NCBI RefSeq assembly: GCF_964204645.1
Contig: NC_134030.1
Coordinates: forward strand, 1,657,355-1,721,354
Length of the DNA: 64,000 nucleotides
From: Tubulanus polymorphus
Lineage: Eukaryota; Animalia; Nemertea
Direction of reading: 5' to 3'
Below, piece by piece: positions 60,416 to 64,000 of this stretch. The translations under genes and the position numbers were made by a program. Numbering within the stretch: position 1 is the first letter of the stretch; each line of letters opens with the position of its first letter. The notes beneath the pieces were generated by a model. The model saw only the letters and a program-made list of their open reading frames with translations, ran no database searches and had not been told where the DNA came from.

Positions 60416-61372
60416 CTAATTCTTTATATGGTGCATGTAGGGGTCCAGGGACACCACATCCACTAATTCTCTATATGGTGCATGTAGGGGTCCAGGGACA
60501 CCACATCCACTAATTCTCTATATGGTGCATGTAGGGGTCCAGGGACACCACATCCACTAATTCTCTATACGATGCATGTAGGGGTCCAGGGACACCACAT
60601 CCACTAATTCTCTATATGGTGCATGTAGGGGTCCAGGGACACCACATCCACTAATTCTCTATATGGTGCATGTAGGGGTCCAGGGACACCACATCCACTA
60701 ATTCTCTATATGGTGCATGTAGGGGTCCAGGGACACCACATCCACTAATTCTCTATATGGTGCATGTAGGGGTCCAGGAACACCACATCCACTAATTCTC
60801 TATATGGTGCATGTAGGGGTCCAGGGACACCACATCCACTAATTCTCTATATGGTGCATGTAGGGGTCCAGGGACACCACATCCACTAATTCTCTATATG
60901 ATGCATGTAGGGGTCCAGGGACACCACATCCACTAATTCTCTATATGGTGCATGTAGGGGTCCAGGGACACCACATCCACTAATTCTCTATATGATGCAT
61001 GTAGGGGTCCAGGGACACCACATCCACTAATTCTCTATACGATGCATGTAGGGGTCCCGGGACACCACATCCACTAATTCTCTATATGGTGCATGTAGGG
61101 GTCCAGGGACACCACATCCACTAATTCTCTATATGGTGCATGTAGGGGTCCAGGGACACCACATCCACTAATTCTCTATATGGTGCATGTAGGGGTCCAG
61201 GGACACCACATCCACTAATTCTCTATATGGTGCATGTAGGGGTCCAGGGACACCACATCCACTAATTCTCTATATGGTGCATGTAGGGGTCCAGGGACAC
61301 CACATCCACTAATTCTCTATATGGTGCATGTAGGGGTCCACTCTATATGGTGCATGTAGGGGTCCAGGGACA
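60416..61372. repeat. 47-bp minisatellite array 3 (~20 copies)
   Basis: Same unit and same ~70-bp linker to an MPK exon as arrays 1 and 2. Confidence 0.97.
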
Positions 61373-61554
61373 CGTATTGTTAAAAAGAGGCAGTTTAACG
61401 TCGTACCACAGGACAAACAGATAAAAATCACTGATAAAATGTATGGATAAAACGTATTGTTAAAAAGAGGCAGTTTAACGTCGTACCACAGGACAAACAG
61501 AGTGCAATAATCAATGATTTTAATCCAAATAAGATCTTTTTAGTTGTGACTGTT

Positions 61555-62764
61555 TGAATTGAGAGGCGGCGATCTCGCTAGTGAGCCAAAATACAGACAC
61601 TTGAAATGAAAATAATAAAAATAGTCAATTTCATTCGACATTTTTATTATGACGTTCATTAATTAAAAAATTAGCATGAAAGCAAAGAATTTATAATTAC
61701 AGGAGCATATGGGCTTGATGTTGAGGGACGCCCTTGTCCGCTGGGTGCCTTTTTCGTGGCTTATGATATCTAAAAAAATTAGTAATAATATTAAATAAAT
61801 TGAAAATATATCATATATCGAGCCAGTCAAACAGTTCAGTACTTTCTAACAACTATTCTTAATCATGAATAAATTAGCATGGAAACAGTAAATTTGTACT
61901 AACAGTAGGATACGGGCTTGATGTTGAGGGCCCGCACCCCACGTTTTTTTCACTGCTTTCGGCATTATCTAGAAAAATAAGTAAAACTATAAAATCATTC
62001 GAAAATACATAATATATCAGATTGTGGTTATCATGGTAATCATGGTATGAATAAATTAGCATGGACGCAGTAAATTTGTTCTAGCATCATTTGTACTGGA
62101 CGTGAGGGTGCCCTCGCCCGCTGGGCGTTTTTGCAGCTTTAGGCATATAGAAAAAGTAAAAATATTTAATCATTTGAAAATATATCTAGCCTCTCATACA
62201 GTTAAGTACTTTTACTTGCCTTATTCTTAAGCATGATATAAATGAATTATGCTGGACGTGAGACAGAAACGGAAAGAAAACAGGCCGGCCCAATTCCTGG
62301 CCACCTTCATACCGAATGTTGAGTCAAAAAGGTGCTTTGGGCTTTAAAGAATTGAAGACACTATTGTAAGCCGAAATAATTGTGGAATTGGACTAAAATT
62401 AAATCAAAAAATATGTGGTACATGTTATAGTTGATTTTTTTTCAGTGAAGGCATATTAGGCGCACATGAACGACTCATGCGTTCAAGGCATATCCCTTCA
62501 CTTATGAATATTTTTAAGATCAGTTAATAAATCCGGAATTGTCCCCGAACGAAGCCGCTCCTCCAATAGGAATCTCCCAGAGGCAATTTAATTGATGGGC
62601 ACATTTTCAAAATTTGTTTTGGTTAGCGGGCCCCCGACACAGAGTTATGTAAACTGGTCACAACTTTTAACTACATACAAAAAAATTGAATGCATTGAAA
62701 TTGTATTTGGAGACTGAACTTACTTGGTGCTTGAAAGTCGGGAGGCGTCTCTGGAGGGGTGCTA

Positions 62765-62795
<31 letters not shown>

Positions 62796-64000
62796 TGTTG
62801 TTGTTATTTGACAGATTAGAAACAGGCGTCTCCGGAGGAGTGCGCTGCTGCTGCTGCTGTTGTGATTCACCGACTGTAAATGGAAATAATATAAAAATAA
62901 ATGCAACAGAAAATGAACACAACAGGCACTTATTACACGGTAGTTCAGTAGAATGAAGGGGTCTGGGTACAAAAACGTGTATTTTAAGATTATCAGTATA
63001 TATTTCCGTGAGGAATTTCATAAAAACCGGCACGTACGAGGGAAGTGAGGCATGTGAGATTGAGGGCGTCACTGATACTTACATTTAGCAGCGGTGACCT
63101 AGCCTGCGAGGCAAACTGACGCTAGAAATGAAAATAAAAAAATACATTAGTCAAATTCATTAACGTTGCTAAGTTCAAGTTGCTGGTTTTTTAAACAATT
63201 TTAATAAGAAAAAAATATTCAGGTATAGCTAGCACTATATCAGGAACGTAGCTTGAGGCGGTTCGGGGGGGTTCGAAAATTCAGTTCCTCGCAAAGAAAA
63301 ATTAAAAACAGAAATGTTAAACTTACAAATATTGAAATTTGTTCATTTAATCAAAACCTTCGTTATATCAATAGAAATCTCCCAGAGGCAATTTAATTGA
63401 TGGGCACATTTTCAAAATTTGTTTTGGTTAGCGGCCCCCGACACAGAGTTATGAAAACTGGTCACAACTTTAACCGTTTTAGCTCCATACAAAAAATTAA
63501 ATGCGTTGAAATTGTATTTGAAGACTGAACTTACTTCGCGCTTGGAAGTCGGGAGGCGTCTCTGGCGGGAGGGGTGCGCTGCTGCTGCTGCTGTTGTTGT
63601 TATCCGAATTCAGAGGTGGCGATCGGCCTGGCGACCCAAAGTAGAGACGCTAGAAATTAAAAAATAATATAAATATATTAGTCAATTTCATTAAAGTTTA
63701 AATTTTCAACATTTTTATTGTAACGTTCATTAGTTAATAAATTAGCATGAAGCGATGAATTTGTACTCACAGGTGCATATGGACTTGATGTAGAGGGACC
63801 CCCTTGTCCGCTGGGTGCCTTTTTGGTGGCTTTTGACATCTAAAAACATTAGTTATAATATTAAATAATATGAAAATATATAATATATCGAGCCAGTGAT
63901 ACAGTTGAGTACTTTCTTACAACTATTCTTAATCATGAATAAATTGAAAATATATCATATATCGAGCCAGTCAAACAGTTCAGTACTTTCTAACAACTAT
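61555..64000 (-). pseudogene. Rearranged MPK paralog fragments: start exons (63771-63839, ~62146, ~61965, ~61769), fused exon 5+6 (63535-63649), exon 5 (63083-63121), duplicated/frameshifted exon 6 (62724-62874), exon 9 tail and 3' UTR (~62290-62565)
   Basis: MSKATKKAPSGQGGPSTSSPYAP|gtgagt; RLYFGSPGRSPPLNSDNNNSSSSSAPLPPETPPDFQAR|gtaagt; RQFASQARSPLLN|gtaagt; inverted match to 18830-19580 and 30820-31100. Confidence 0.8.

Overview
AT-rich, repeat-dense eukaryotic (invertebrate-like) genomic DNA with GT-AG introns; no prokaryotic operons, rRNA, tRNA or CRISPR seen, and most track ORFs are repeat artefacts. (1) A spliced gene missed by the ORF track lies on + (ATG 15124 to TAG 30898). Its nine coding exons, five of them 66 nt or shorter, all join in frame by hand to give a 340-aa low-complexity, Pro/Ser-rich basic protein with no family I recognise ('MPK' gene). 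About 10 further copies of its start exon, plus rearranged copies of its other exons, lie on - at 5.2-7.3 kb and 59.5-64 kb. (2) A young Penelope-like retroelement (50606-55005) has an RT + GIY-YIG ORF with one in-frame TAG, tandem and inverted pseudo-LTRs forming a ~784-bp-arm palindrome, a target-site duplication and three minimal hammerhead ribozymes. (3) A decayed DIRS1-like retroelement with nested DNA transposons sits in intron 6 of the MPK gene. (4) A segmental duplication (1-5161 vs 34537-38379) is built from tandem non-coding exon units. (5) There are many minisatellites and MITEs. All alignments and translations were done by eye.
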